From Lama guanicoe (taxonomy: Eukaryota), in NCBI GenBank assembly GCA_013239625.1, contig MU054212.1, forward strand, positions 8,393,084 to 8,457,083: a stretch of DNA of 64,000 nucleotides, read 5' to 3'. Position numbers and translations under genes: made by a program. Every line of letters begins with the position of its first letter. The first letter of the stretch is position 1. This document shows, in pieces, positions 38,324 through 53,189 of this stretch. The notes beneath the pieces are model-generated. The model was not told the DNA's origin and made no database searches. It saw only the letters and a program-made list of their open reading frames with translations.

Positions 38324-41300
38324 TAACGTGCTTGTCAAATGACCCCACATCGTCTGAACTGTAAAGTATCTATCGTGTCAAAAATCTCAGGAAACACAGT
38401 GCATATTGGGATCATGCCATCAGCTGGAAGACACGCCGCCCCTCTTCTCTTGGAAACTTGTGTGAAGTGTGATGGTTGTTGCTCACTGTATAAACAGTGG
38501 CTGCTCCAGTTGGCATGGGACTCCTTGGTGATGCGGAGAGACATTGAAGCTGTAGTCAAGACCCTCAGGATCCCCAGCTCCCAGCCCCCGAGAGAGGAGT
38601 AGAGCCTGCAGTGCGTGTCCCGAACTGTGGGGCTGCGCGACCCGGAATAGCCCCACCGTAACCAGAAGCTGACGGAGGGAGCCCAGAGATGGTCACGGTC
38701 CTGTCTGGACTTGTTCTTTGGATATCACCTCTCAGGAACCTTCTCTGATCTCCGTTCCTCCCTTAAAACCAACTGAGACATCCCTCAAGGAGGTGTGCTT
38801 GGTGGCCTGTTTCCTCCATCACAGGACAAACTACAGTGTGTGGATTGTAGGCTCACTTGGGCAGAGACAGGTTTTATTTTGTCACGATTTTCGGAGCCTT
38901 GCAGGCCCTCATTGGTGCTCTGCTGACTGCCTCGTTACTTAAACTGTTAATCGTCTAGAAGGAGAGAACACAGGTCAGTGGAGGGTGGGAAGGGGTCTCT
39001 GTTCCCACAGTTGCTTATTTTTCACCTGACAGATGCATGGAAATATTTAACGGCAGAAAAGAGAGAGTGACTGAAAATAGGCTTGACCCTAACATTTGCA
39101 GGGTCCGGGGCAAGAATATAAATGGAAGCCTACTTAACCACGTGTCTGGATATTTAAATGTACAAATCAAGCTAATAAACCGTAGAATAGAGTATGTCCT
39201 ATCTTCTGCCTCGGCAAACATACCTTCATAACTGAGAAGGCCAAAGCCGGATTTAGGGTTCTCAGATTCCATGGAGTTCTGCTGCAGGGGTGGTAGCCTG
39301 AGGACAGCCTGGCCCGGGGACAGCTGTGCCAGCGCCTAGCCCCTCCCTTTCACTCCTTACTCCACTGGGCGTCATGAGGTGACAGTGTGCACGTGGGTGA
39401 AACCCCAACCCACGCATCCAACTTGCCTGTCTTCTCCCCAGCCCTCCCCAGCAACCTTCACCTGGCCACACCTGGGCCTGCGGCTGTACATGTGAACCTC
39501 AGGGATGAGGCCCACAGAGGCCCTGGAGGCATGCGTGGGGCCATCTGGGCAGGAGATTCTGGGGTCCCCAGTACCCAGGACATGTTTAAGAGGGGGAAAG
39601 GCAGGAAGGTGAGGACCTGGGTGGGCACGTGTCCCCGCCTCCAGACTCCTTGCTGGGTGCAGAAGGGCACGACCAGGAGATGGCCCTCTTGTGCAGGGTG
39701 GAGGGTGGGGCCAGAGGACTGGGACAGGTCACAGGAAAGTTTGGAAAACAGTATCATGAGAAAGGGCTTAAAAAGAAGCTCTCAAAGAGACTGGCGGTGC
39801 CGTGGGCCCACCATGGCTGCCGCATACACGTGGGCAGGCTGCGCACAGCTCAGCTCCGGGCTGCACATTTTACATCGACTCCCTGCGAAGGCAACCCCTC
39901 CAGGGGCGTTGCCCCTCTGGGTCCCAGGCTCCTGCAGTTTCCTCTCTGAGTTTTGACCTCAACAGTGATTTTTGCTTTGTAAAGTCTGAATGAGAGAAAA
40001 TAGTTTTAAGGTCCCTTTTGCTTACTAGAATTACTTCTTAAACCCATGCCTGTTACATAAACACTAATTTAACATTACAGATATGACGCCAAAATGCTGA
40101 CAAAGGTCTTCCCAAATAGTGGGGTACTTCCCTTTCATTCTGAGAGCCAGGATCACGCTCCTCATTTTTTACCCCGGGGAACCGCCTCTGAGCACTAGTC
40201 CTCCCTCCACTATTAACAGAGGCCCCACCCATTACTTAAAATGAATGATTATTTTTAACACTTACTCTTTGTGCATATCATAGGGAAAGAATAATGTAAT
40301 TACTATAATTCTGTCGTCTTAGATTCCTCCCTATTTTGCTCTCTGAAGACCTCAAATTTGCTAATCCCCAGGCTGTGACAACACCTGCCTTCTTAAATTG
40401 TCAGCCTTCTTTGATTTCCAACCCCCTCCCGTTTCATGGTTCCTAATTCTGCTGCTACGTTGTTGACCTTTGTTTGTTTTATTCACACGTGATGTGTTTC
40501 TGTCAGCTGTGCTTGCACTTTTAGATAGTACAGAAGAAGGTCACTCTGAAAGCTTTGGAGACAGTTGGCTGTGGGATAAAACAGTGAGGAGATGGAGGCT
40601 CAGAGATACTCATTTCCTGAGCTTGCAAAGAAATCCTCAAAAGACTCTGAGAAGCTGAGGCCTCCTCCCAGGTGCCCGTCATTTCACGTCCTCGCAAGAC
40701 ATTGCTGCTCCTGCCCCAAGGCAGGTGAACCGACCAGTTCAGCTCCCACAGCATGCGCAGCCCTGAGAACAGGGCAGGGCCAGAAGTGGGGCTGGCCAGC
40801 CAAGGGCAGGAAACCCATTCTGGGTAAAGGGGTAGTGTCAGCCAGCTTCCTCCTCGGTGGGGCACTGGAGAGGCCCAGAGCCCCGTGGGGCACAGAAACC
40901 CCGACCCATCTTGTCCACGGGGGCCTGGCTTCCTGATGAGGCAACCCCTGCCTTTGGAAAAGCAGGAAATGGAATGCGAGATTGCGCTGACCATTTTTTA
41001 GAGAACTATTCATTTTGTAAAGTCTCAAACTACTTATGATGCCCTATGACTGATCTCATTATCTTTTCTGCTAACTCTTCCTGGGGCACTTGAGTGTTGA
41101 GTGGGTTCTGACCGAGTCCAGCTGCCCTGGCCTCCATCTCACTTCTCTCCTAGCTCTTGGAGGGCCCTACCCACCCCTCCCCGAGCTCCTGCCGTGGCTC
41201 CTTGAGCCCATCCCGGGACTTGGCTGCCCAGTGGCTTCTGGCCTCTTGCCTTAGCTTGTGTTCACTTATAGCAACTCTCTGTCCCTGTTGGGGAGCAATT

Positions 41301-41859
41301 TCTGAGATGATCTATTTGGTTCCCCATTTACTTGCACTAAGGATCTGAACCTTTTGGAAGGATTGGAAATCATCAGTGTGGATTGAACATCTGAGCGTCT
41401 GTACTCCGCTCTAAGACAAGGAACATTACATGAGTGCTAGCTGGTGTGTAGGATGTTTTCCTCTATACCTAATGGCCCTGCACCAGCGTGCACTTGGAGT
41501 TCTTGCCTTCTGATTTTCATTTTTGCCATTAATGAGTTGGCTTTAGACATCTCTCCTAGCTCATTCATATACTTCGCAGATTTTCTTTTCTTAATATGCT
41601 TATGGACTGAAGTGACAGATCCCCAGAGGTGTTAGAAGTGTGTCTAAAATCATCACAGATGCCTGAGTGAGGCCCTGGGGTGGAGAGGGTGAGCATTCAG
41701 AGACCAGGGACATGCGCTTCAGTGTATGGACTTTGGGAGACTTTAATTTGGAAGATCAAGATTTTTTTTTTAAGGTCTTGTAACTCTTTTGGGCTTCAAT
41801 TTCCTTATCTCCAAAGTAAGTTACCAGTCTTATTTACCTGAGTTCTTAGAGATGTTTTA

Positions 41860-42390
41860 AAAATAAAAGTTTGTATTAAAGTATAACTCACATATAAAAA
41901 GTAGACAAATCACAAGTGTACAGTCAGATGAATCTTTACAAAGTAAATACTTGCTAATCCAGGTCAAGAAATAAAACATCATCAGTGTCTTGAAAGCCCA
42001 TGGTTTATGCCCATTGCCAATCTCCTCTACTCCCCTATGCCCTCTGAAGGAAGTCTTTATAAATGAAGTTCTGCACACCATATTTCTTTTGGGTCTCTCT
42101 TTTTGATGAGATTCATCTCTGAGTCATGTAGCAGTGTTCTGTTTTCATCACTGTATAGTTTTCCCTTGTGAGATTCCCACCACAATGTATCCGTTCTTCT
42201 GCTGGACATTTGGGTGATTTCCAGGGTTTGGGGATGCTGTTGAATTAAGAAGCTGTGCGTTGTAAGTATCTTCTGGTGCACTCATGTACACATTTCTGTT
42301 GGGCAATACCAAGAATGGAATTGCTGGATGATAGGCTATGCCAACAGCTGTAAGAGATTGTACCAATCACCTTCCCACCAGCAGCAAATA
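41860..42390 (-). mobile_element. Old L1 3' fragment
   Basis: gtataactcacatat..aagtgtacagtcagatgaat...ggacatttgggtgatttccag...ggaattgctggatgatagg. Confidence 0.7.
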
Positions 42391-44689
42391 AGATGGTCAA
42401 GGAATGTTTCATTAATCTTTATCACGAATAAGTGTGTTTGCCAAATAAATGCCCCTAGTAAGAGGAGAAGCAGCGGAGTGTGGCAGAAAGCACACGAAAG
42501 GGAGACCTCCAGTGAAGCATAAAATCCTTCTGGACCATGAAGTCCTCATACCTGAAGCAGAGCTGATCTCGAAGACCACTTTCATCTCTAAGACTCTGAG
42601 GAGAATCATTTGGTGATTCTCATGAGAAGTGCTTGGTTCATCCGGTGTCTCCCTGTGCCGCGCCCAGGACCAGCTCTGGGTGGACGTTGAACAGCAGACG
42701 TGTCCATACGGGCCATGGGTGTGCTGCCTCAGGAGCAGAGCTTGGACTGCAGCAAGGACGCTGACGGCTGAAGGGCTTAGGAGGGGCTGCTGGGAAGTGA
42801 GCAGGAAGCATTTGCAAGAAGGGAAAGATCTGAGGCCAAAAAGAGCCGCAGGCGTGGCAGTGCTTGGGCCACTGCGGGCGAGTCACCAGACCGCTTGGCC
42901 ACACACGCCACCACCTCTACGCCCAGAGTCTGGGCGGGGCCTGGGGGTGGAGGGAGGCCGTGGCTGTGCTTGGACCCAAGTCTCAAGAGGGACTCGGAGA
43001 ATGAGAATCTGTTATTTTCAGCTTCTGTAGAGGGAAGGGGGCCCCAGGCTCAGGAAGGGGTTCAGACATTGGACCACTAGGGCCATGGGTACTGATGAAA
43101 AGAGCTGAAGCAATTTTGGTTGTCATCCTTCCTGGGTTTTTTTTTTGGGGGGGGGTTGTTTTTTAAATCACAACTAAAGAGGATCCAAACACTCTAGTGC
43201 CTCATTGTTTTCTCCTGTTAAAGCTCCCAGGAGCCACATCTTGGAGCCACCCACAACCGGCTCATGTTCAGAAGTGACCCAGCTTCTCCAAACCACGCAA
43301 GGTATGCAGGACTGGCCGGGCCGAGGGGTGGATGGATCAAGGCCCCGCAGCTCCCACTGTGGGCAGGGTGAGTGTGTGTTCCCAGACCTGGGGCACAATG
43401 GTCCGTGATTCTGCAATGAAAGGACTGTCTCCATACAAAGACCCGAGCAGGTACTACTCACTCAGAGGAATGGAAATCCGCTTCCTCCCGCCTGCCCTGA
43501 TGCACACGTTCCGTGAGCGCAGTGTGTCTCCCTCTTTAACCCCCAGCCCTCCTGGCCACTCCTCTGTGGCTGGCCAGACCTGCTGGCTTTTATTCACATC
43601 GCTGAGTCCTCCTCGCCGGGCCACTTACGGACCACGAAACAACCACATCTGCCCTTCCTCTCCCTGGCATCACCTCCCCCCTCATGGTGCCTCCTCTGAC
43701 AAAGTTGCCTCATCCTCTCCTGAGGGCCCTCCTTCCAGCCCCCTCTGCAGGCAAGCAGTCAGTCAACTCAGTCTGAGAGGAGGGCACTCGGTCCCCGAAG
43801 AACATGACCGGAAATATCTCATGGGCGTGCGCTCCAGCCCTCACCACGCTCCGGGCGAGTCACTTTGGGCACTGCCTTCGTCCTGAGGCTCTTTCAAAAA
43901 GCAGAGACTCCCAGAAGAGGTCAAGTGTTGAGTCACCACCCCTGGTGTCCCACTGCGGGTTGTTTTCGTCAGATCACTTTCCTCTGAACTAGGAGGAGCC
44001 TAGGGGTGGGGAGAGCTCCTCAAGGTCAGCGAAGATTGCTGAGCAGTAAGGGGGAGACTGGCTGACAGATCTGTTCCAGGGCTCCCGAGGCCCCATCCCT
44101 TCTTCCCACCAGCCGCCCTGCCCCTCCATTGCAGCCCTCCTCTGCCCCGCCCAGGAGAAGAAGAGGTGCGGGCCCCAGCTGGGTGCCCGCAGAGCCTGCT
44201 CCGCTCTGGGCTTGGTCCCGCTACAGGTCAGCAGGTGCCGGCCCGCACCTCTAGCCCTGTCTTGAGCCCCTCCTCCACACCTCCTCCAGTCCCGCACCTC
44301 ACACCTACCTGCCTGCGTGCTCAGCAGGTCACATCGCTCTGCTCGCCACTCAGCACGAGTAGCAAAACCAGATGCTGCAATGAGCCTTTGCAGTGTACAC
44401 ATACACTTATTGCATTTAGTCCTCCCGACAGATTGGCAGTGGGTTGCTATTATGCCAATTCCATCACTTAGGAAACAGAAATTTCAAGAGAATTAAAAAT
44501 AAAATGAAATAGTGTCCAAGGGTTGGGGAGGGGAGGGTCTCACAGCTACATAGTGATCAAGCTGGTTTGAGTCAGCAACTTATCAGATGTCTGGTCGTGT
44601 GCTGGAGGACATCAGAGGCATTCCTGGAGGACCTGGCCCCTCTCCCAGCATCAGGCCCGAGCCACTCAAAGCTCTGATCCTTCTTTTTT

Positions 44690-45275
44690 GCTTATCGTAC
44701 CAGCCAGAATCGCCAGGGCAATGTTGAACAGAGGGGATGAGAGCAGACGTCCTGTCTTTTTCCTGATCACAGAGGGAAGCATTCGTCTTTGATCCTGAAG
44801 TCTGATGTTAGCTGTGGGCTTCTCGTAGGTGCCGTTTCTCAGTTGAGGAAGTCGCCTTCTATTTGCTGAGAGTTTTTAATGAGAAGAGGAAGTAAGGTTT
44901 TGTCGGATGCTTGTTCCACATCTGTTAAGGTCATCATATAGTTTTCTTTTTAATCTGTTAATATGAAGAATTAGACTAAGTACTTTTTGAACGTTAGACC
45001 AATCCTGAATTCCTGGGTTAAGTCCTACTTGGTTAGAATGTATTATCCTTTTAGTATAATGTGGGATTTGATTTGATACAATTTTGTTAAGAATTTTTGC
45101 ATCTATGTTATGATTAGCCTGTAGTTTTTCTTGTGGCGTCTTCACCTCATTTTGGTATTAGGGTAATACCAGCCTCTCACATTGGATTTAGAGGTATTCC
45201 CTCCTCCTCAGTTTTCTGGAACATTTTGTCTGTTATTTATTCCATAAATGTTTCATTGAATTCACCAGTGAAGGG
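44690..45275 (-). mobile_element. L1 ORF2 (RT region) fragment
   Basis: Peptide NIDAKILNKIVSNQIPHYTKRIIHSNQVGLNPGIQDWSN is the L1 RT N-terminal motif. Confidence 0.88.
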
Positions 45276-48200
45276 CTATTTTGAGTCTCCTTGGTTGCGA
45301 TTTAAAAAAAAATCATAAACCAGGAAATGTCAACAATGAGCAATCCCGACTGCTGCTGTGAACGCCGGCATCCTCACCAGCCGCAGACCGGGCCGTTATC
45401 GTGTGTCATCCCTGCCGGCTCCCAGGGAGAACGAGGCCGGCATCTGAACGATGCTCTAGCAGTACCTTGTGGGGCTGAATTCACGAAGAGCTGCTTTTTC
45501 ATTTGACGCAAACATCTCAGAAAACAATGGCTTCTGAGAATTAGTACTAACTCTTCCAGACCCTGACCCCCAACCTGCCTCGCGCAGGACCCTAGCGCTG
45601 TCAGTTTGCACTCCTTCCTCTGCACCTGTGGCCGTGCTGCCCCCACCCCTCGAGGGGCACATTCTCTTTCTTGCACTGTTCACATTCTTTCCATCCTTCC
45701 AGGCCCAGCTGGCATCTGTCTTGACTTCCCTAAGAATCCGTCAAGAATCTGAACTCCTGTCACCCTGACAGCCGAACTGCACAATTAAGCCCTTTGCTAA
45801 GTTCTGCCTTGTGTTATTTTCTCGTTGATTCTTCTACACGTTTCTCTCTAACTAGATTATAAATTGCTGGTATGATATTGCCGCACATACCTGATGTAAG
45901 GTTGACTGATTTAATGCCCAGCATATGGCAGAAGAATGTCTACCTTCACGATGTCTGCTTATTCAGGGATGGTTCTAGAAAACAAACATGAGGGGGAACA
46001 TCTTTTCATGTACAACTTTCTCTCATAAATGACTGCACGTGTTATCTATGTCACGTCTGTGTATCTCCTAAAACATTACTGGGTTTTCCTATTGGCAAAA
46101 TGACCTGATTTTTTTTTAAATGAAAACTCTAAAAGCATATATGACAGAAGTTAGAATCTCCTAATATCTGAAGCATCTTGCCCTCCATTTCATTACACTC
46201 TACCATGAGGTGGAGAGCGCAGTTCTCATGCTCACGTTTGACAAGGCCCGTCTAACCAGCCCTGGCATGGTCCGGCTTCCTCTGTGCGTGGCCTCACCGC
46301 TCACTCCTTGGCCCCATGCTGTTCCATGCCTCAGGCCTCATGCTGTGCCCTTGGCCTGGCAACCCACCAGGGTCTATTTCAGATATATCTTCGAGTAAAT
46401 ACTATCCACTCCCGCCCCCAAGCAGAATCAATTGCTCAAACGTACGTTTCTAAAACCACATTTTTATTTGTTTCATCACATTCTATTTGTAAAAATCTTT
46501 AGAACTCATTAATAAAACTCATTAATAAAATATGCCTTCATTTCAAAAATAAATAGTGAGGTTGACAGTCATTTCCATCATTGGAGAGTTTGTCAGTATT
46601 TCCAAAGGCACTGAGCATTGATTCTCATGGACCCAACCCAAGCTGTTAGCAATTGTTAAAATAAGCACGTTTGCCACCAAAACCCAGGAAGTCTTTAAAT
46701 ATCATCTAGCTGTTTTCCAGTTCCCCATTCTTCTGATCCTTGTTTCTCCGTGTGTATAATCTCCAGTGTCTCTTTCTGTCTGCTCGTGGCTCTGTCTTGG
46801 CCTGCGTCTCTCGGCTATTTGTTTTCTCTTCCCTTTTCCTGCCTTTCTTTGTTGCCTTCCTAATTCTTTTACTGTTTTTGGAACTTGGGCTGGCTCTGCG
46901 TTAGGTCACACCAGGTCCTGGCAATCAGGAGTCGAAAAGGACAGTGACTCTCAGAAACATTTTTAGCCTCGGAGCCCAGCCCCGGTGAGGGCACTGGGGT
47001 AGGCACCACATTTTTACCTCTTGCCCCAGAGAAATCCAGCACAACCGCTGGAGAAATCTTGTACAACCAGGTGCCTGCGTAGTTACCCCTTCTTATCTAA
47101 TCCCTGGAGACCAACTGTTAACCTGAGACTAGTACACAGCAAGTGCCTTGAACCCCCTGATCCTGAGAGTCAGAGCCACTCAGCTCTCACACAGCCCCAG
47201 CTTCAGTGGGTGCCCAGATCACAGTGCTGGTTAACTGACGCTTTGTTCATGTGAATCTTACGTGATTATATTTTTGTTCCCGTTAGATAGAAATTCATCT
47301 TGAGAGAAAATAACACTTCAGCATTGAAAGTCCAGTGCTGCATCTTTGCAACTGTTCAGCTTACCATCCACTCAGGCTGCTTTTCAGTTTTTCTTTAGGT
47401 GTTACCCCCCCTATATTTCACATCCCGAATAAGTGCATCTAAAATTGGAAAACACACCTTCCTCTGACAGACGATCTTCCAGGTCTGTCTTCTGCTCTTC
47501 TTCCTCCTGCTCCCTGCCCCGGGGGCTGACAGGGATCCAGGGCAGACCCAGGGCTCCCTGGCCCACGGGGAGCCCCAGCAGGAGAGGGCGGGGAGAGTGC
47601 TGTCAGGATGTTGGTCCCCCTTGCTCCCTCTGGGCGGAGTCCCTGCTCCCAACCGGAGGACCCAGGTCCTCTCCAGGAAGCCTTCTCCGTGAGGCTTTCT
47701 CCTTCCATAACAGCCCCTGAGCTGCACCCCACCTTCTGGTTTCCTGACACCCAGCCACACCCCTCTAAACTCTTCCTTCAGTGAACCCTCCAGGAATTTC
47801 CCCCCCTCAAGGGTGCCATTGGTTTCCTGCCGATAGACTGTGAGAAGTGTTTGAAGTCCTCATTCAGAGGGAATGGCAGGTTGACAGTGTCACACCATGT
47901 TCGGGTAGACGCCTAGACGTAACCTCCTGACAAAGGAGAGTGCCCGACTCAGATGGGAGCCTGGATGAGAAACCCTTTGATTTCACTCAAGACAGTTGCA
48001 TCTCAACGTATCATCTCTTTAACCAGCCATCCTGTAATGACCGTAACGCAGTGTTCTATTGCTGCAGATCCTGTGCTGGGACTGATTAATGACTTAGATT
48101 GCACAATTACTAGGCCAGAAGTACATGCTATAGAAGTTGTTTTGAAACGTGCTTTCGATCACACGTGGAATTTGGAATCATGGCACTCTTAAACTCTTTC

Positions 48201-51200
48201 CCAGCTTCTCCATGTAGGGGGAAGTCACGTTGTGATTTTATGCCACCCGTATAAACAACTCCATTGCACTTTGCTCAGCTGGTTGGTGAAGTTTAGGGGG
48301 AGCTAGGATTTAGCCTGAGAACCGCGCCTGCAAAGTCCCGGCTGCTCTGTGTCCTGAGGACATCCTGCATGCCAGGCCCTGTGCCCAGCGTGCAGAGCCC
48401 CATCCGTCCGCAGCTCAGTCCTGTGATGGGGCTGCTGGGTCTCTCTCCTTCACCTGTCCCCAAACTGCTGTGCTTTGGGGTCCCCAATTCCGTGACGTCC
48501 CTGCAGGCCACCAAGGCAAGCAGACAGCCCCTCACTTGGAAGGAGACACCACTAATAACTTGCATGGGCCTTCCCTCAGGTTACCTCACCCGACCGAGCT
48601 GACCAAGTTATGAACCTAGGACCGCCCCGTAGTACCGGGGTGACTCGCTTCCTGCCCACGTCATGACACACCTCTCACAGACCAGGCGCCCCATCTGTTG
48701 GGTCTCATGGAGGGAGAAAGGTCTCTGGAAAGACCTCTTTGTCCTTTCACAGGGTGGCTTCACAGTTCCGGGAGCGAGCAGGAAGGGAGATCTTGTGTCT
48801 CATACACAGAGGCATTGGTGTGGCTCCGGGCCTCCCACTGTCACAGCCCATTATGGTGATCCCACAGAAACCGCTGTGTGGAACTGAGCTCTCTGCCCCT
48901 CCCAGGCCACCCTGCTCACCACCCCCAGCCCCGCCACCCCTGCCAGGCCCTCCTCCAACCAGGACTGTACCTGCAGAAGTCTGAGCCAGGTTGAGCAGGG
49001 GTCAGTTGGCTTCACAGGTTATTTCCTCATAACTTGACCCTGTGTCTCACAACACTGAATTTGGGGGAGCCCCCTTCCCCTGACAGCATCACGGCAGGTG
49101 TTACTGTGTGTGCGTTACTCACTATGAGTCAGGCAGTTCAGACAGTAACCGGATGAAGGAGGAAGTTGAAGGTTCCAGCAGCTCCGTCGGGTGGCAATCT
49201 TTGGAGGCCCCCTTCATTCTGACTCCGTCTTGCCCTGGGTTCATGGCCCCATGCACAGGAGCGCCACCATCAGGCCTCTGGAGCAAGCCACTGGCCTCAG
49301 CCAGAATCCCCCAACCCCAGGATCCCAGCAGTGCTCTCTGGAAAGCAGAGCACTCAGGCTCAGCTGCCTTCCCTTCTACACACTCACATCCTCAAGGGCA
49401 TCCCGCAGAACCGCCTAGAGGGGTAAACTGGCCCGGCCCTTCAGCCCCACGTCCAGGTGGAAGGGAAGGACAAACATTCAAATGGGAGAGTTCATTGAAA
49501 GAGAGGAGTTGTCAGTGACCAGAGAGGGAGGTGGCCTTTCCTTGCTCTGGAGCAGACTGAGAGGTGGAGGAGGGAGAGCCTAGAGACCGTACACTCCCCT
49601 TTCCCTCTTGCGGCCCTGAGCAGCAAGGAGGGAAGAGATTTAGGATTAGATCGGGATGGGGTGCTGACATTTTAACTTAAGCGGCCCTGGACGTTTACCG
49701 CCCTCCAAGTGAAAGTAAGCCTGGGATGTCAAGGAGTCAGGAATGGAAATTCAACTAAACGTGTTCACATGTGTTTCTTTAAGCTGGTAAAGTAAAGCCG
49801 TTTCCTGTCTGTGTCCTAGCAAGGTCAGCTACTAAATAGATCAGCTTCCTCCAGCCCCAGGAGGCCCTGTCGACTCTGGGGAAAATCCTTCTCATTCTGT
49901 GTTTACTCTAGACCATCTGGGTCTGACCAGCGAGCACAGGCTTTCGGAAGACAGACTCAGTCTGATTTAGAGGTTACTCTGCTCACCTGCCTGCTCTGCC
50001 TGCTGCATCCTTCCCCAGGGGAAAAACAACAGGGGAGCGCCAACTCCAGCTCAGGAGAGAAGCAGGGAGAAGGAAAATATAGGAAGGAAAAAATGTGTAG
50101 AGATCACTCTCAAAAAACCTCAGTCCAGACACACCAGTCAAAACAAACAAACAAACAAACAAAAAACAAACCAGAGACCAGAGTGATAAAGAGGGCTGCT
50201 GGAGCAAGGAGACGTACTTGGCTTCTGCAAATCTTTAAGGGACAGGGATCCGATGGCTCCTTCAACTCACACGCACCCTCGGCCTGTAGACCAGCCAAGG
50301 AATCTCTATCCAGGGCCTCGGTTTTCCAGACTGTCAAAATAGACATCAAAAGCTGGTTCCAGCGACCTCACCAGGTGGCATGGAATCAAATACGATTCCT
50401 TGGTCTTATATGAAAAAGAAACTCTGAAAACTGCACAGTTTCCCAGAATTTCCCGTCGCCATCATTGCCAATTCCTGAGGCCCCTATGGAGACCCGTTAC
50501 CTCTATAGTTCTCCGAAGGATATATTTAGGGCATTCTTGCTTTGAAACTCTCTTTGGAATTTTGCAATACAGTGGTCTACTAATTTTAAACATGCTTACA
50601 AACAAATTGTGTTCCAAAAGGAGACATGCAGGTTGGTTAGTTGGCTCTCAGAATTCAGTTTCACATAAAAACTGTGCTAAAACAAACGTATGATTCATGT
50701 GCAGCCAAATTAGTAGAAAACAATACTGTTACAATGTGGTAATGCAGCCAAATGGGAAAAAAAGTACACCAAAATTGACTGGGTAATTGTAGGTTGACCA
50801 GCTTAAATCCAGGTGCTTTAAAATTCTCCACAAATGCTTGAATGTGCTTGTTTCCTGCCTTGTGCTGGGCATAAAGCAGGTATAACAAGGCGGGGATGAG
50901 GGGATGTGGAAAATTGTGATGGAATTCCTGGCAAGTCGGAGCAACCCACACATTTCTCCTGTAGAACTTCCCGGAGCCAAGCCTCCTCCACTGTCCGTGT
51001 CCACCGACCACTTCCTGGCTCCACCCAACCCTTAGCACATCTCTCCATCTTCCTCCCCCGCCTCTAGCAAGGATGGGACCCGCAAACGAGGTATCGAGGT
51101 TTGGGGGGAGGAGGGGTTGACAGTTCTACTTTTAAATTTATTAAGATAATTTAACTGCAAGAAAAGAAAATAGCAGCCCTCAGTTGCCAGGTTCTAACCC

Positions 51201-51634
51201 AGAGGAGCTGAGCATAGGAGCCACACGTTCATGAAGTGCCCTGAACGTGGGGACACCTGGGGGATTTCCCAGGTGACTTTCTTTAGTCTCCTTCCATTGT
51301 GTGAACCATGCAGAGGGCCCCTAAGAAAGGCACCCAGAGGTTCCTGGCCTCGGAGACTCCCTCTGCCTTCAAGGCCTGATGTCTATCTAGCTAAGCAGGC
51401 AGTGCTCGAAACCAGCCCAACTTTCCACCTCTTGCCGCACCTTGTACAAAACTTCCTCTCTGACAGACTTTCAAAACTAGGAACACAGTGCCCTGGGGCA
51501 AAGGCAACAGACATGTGGCTGCAGTGGTCACAGATTCCTATTTTTAACATCTACTTGTTCAGTGGTCTATACCTTCAGCATGCCAGCTGCATCCAGGCCT
51601 TTCTTTAGGTCTTTAGCCAACATTAAAAACCCAG

Positions 51635-52109
51635 CGTGATGGTTAATTTTATGTGTCGACTTGACTGGGCCATGGCATGCCCAGATATTTGGTCAAACAT
51701 TGTTCTGAGTGTGTCTGTGGGGGTGCTTTTGGATGAGATTCACATGTGAATCAGCAGACTGAATGAAGCAGGGGGCTCTCCTCTGAGGCAGGGTGGGCAT
51801 CCAATCAGTTGAAGACCTGAGTAGAATAAAAAGGCTGAACCTCTGGTGACTAAGGGGAAAAACGCATCCTGCCTGATTGCCTTGAGCCTTTGGGCTCAAA
51901 CTGAAACACAGGCTCTTCTTGAGTCTTGAGCCTGCTGGCTTTTGGATTGGAACTTATACCATCAGCTCCTCTTGGTCTCCAGTTTGCTGAGTGTAGACTG
52001 TGGGACTTAGTGTCTGGAATTACATGAGCGAATTCCTTATAGAAAATTTCTACTACGTATCTATCTATCATCTATCTACCTATCTAAGATAAACTTTTGT
52101 TTTTACATT

Positions 52110-52142
<33 letters not shown>

Positions 52143-52198
52143 ATACACACACACACATCCTACTGGTGCTGTTTCTCTGGAGAACTGTAACTAATGCA
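51635..52198. mobile_element. ERVL LTR (MLT2-type) with internal TATC and GT/AC microsatellite
   Basis: (t)GTGATGGTTAATTTTATGTGTCGACTTGACTGGGC...CTAATGCA; 5-bp TSD CCCAG (51630-51634, 52199-52203). Confidence 0.88.
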
Positions 52199-52383
52199 CC
52201 CAGTCTATCCAAAAAAGTGCAGTTGAGGTTGAAAATACTGATAATGAGGAAAAGGATGTCAGTGCCCTTCAGCCAGAGGCCACCAGGAACACACGTGTGG
52301 TTGGCCTGCATTACTTTGAGGGAGAATGTACACCATGGGGAACCGTGGAGTGTCTCTGTAAGAGGATGTTGGGAAGAACCTAT

Positions 52384-52550
52384 TATAGGGAACTATATTC
52401 AATATCTTGTAATAATCCATAATGGAAAAGAATCTGAAGAATTTTTACATATATATATAAATAAATAAGTATATATAACCGAATCACTTTTCTGTGTACC
52501 TGAAACTACAACACTGTAAATCAACTATATTTCAATTAAAAAAAGAAAGA
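52384..52550 (+). mobile_element. 5'-truncated lineage L1 3' end inserted in an older LTR-like element (about 52220-52910)
   Basis: gggaactatattcaatatcttgtaataa...aaatcaactatatttcaattaaaaaaa; TSD AAGAACCTAT (52374-52383, 52551-52560). Confidence 0.85.
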
Positions 52551-53189
52551 AAGAACCTATCATAGATTTTGGGCTTTGGGGTGATGGAGGAGAATCCAAG
52601 AAAGCAGGGGTTTATCCTGGCTTGCACACAAAAAAAGTAAGGACAGAAAGTGAGATGATTCTATGATTATCTCAACAAGTGTCTTACCTCTGGGGAGGGC
52701 TGTCTAGAGCCGGGATAAATCTGGAATTGGTAAAGAAGCAGCAGTCACTCATATTAGCCAAGAGAGGGAGTGTTTGGAATTCTGGGGGTGGCACAGTGAC
52801 TTTGTTTTTCCCTGTTCTTGGACAAATTTATGAAGTGTCCCTGTTTTGTCTCACTTTGTCATGGTCTCCGGGTGGCCTTTTCTGATGTTGGTGTTCTGTG
52901 AGGTTGTTTAGGTCATTTCCACTCCCCTAGTTCTCCCCCCGATCTGCACCCCTGGCCTGTCCCTCCACCCAGAAGAGAGCTGAAAGCATATGGGGGGGCG
53001 GGGGGGCTGAGTCTCACTTGTGCAGATGCGGGGGCTCTGGGATCTTCTGAGGGGAGTAGCCCCTTGTGTATCACAAACTTTTCAAGTTCCCTTTGCAACT
53101 CCCTTTTAAAAATCTCTCCTATTCTGTATTACCAAAAACCAAGCAAGTCACGTAATTCACAAATTCAATCCTTAAACCAACCCTAGAAA

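Noticed and set aside
46503..46528. 13-bp tandem duplication AACTCATTAATAA
   Set aside because: Ordinary slippage duplication with no functional context.
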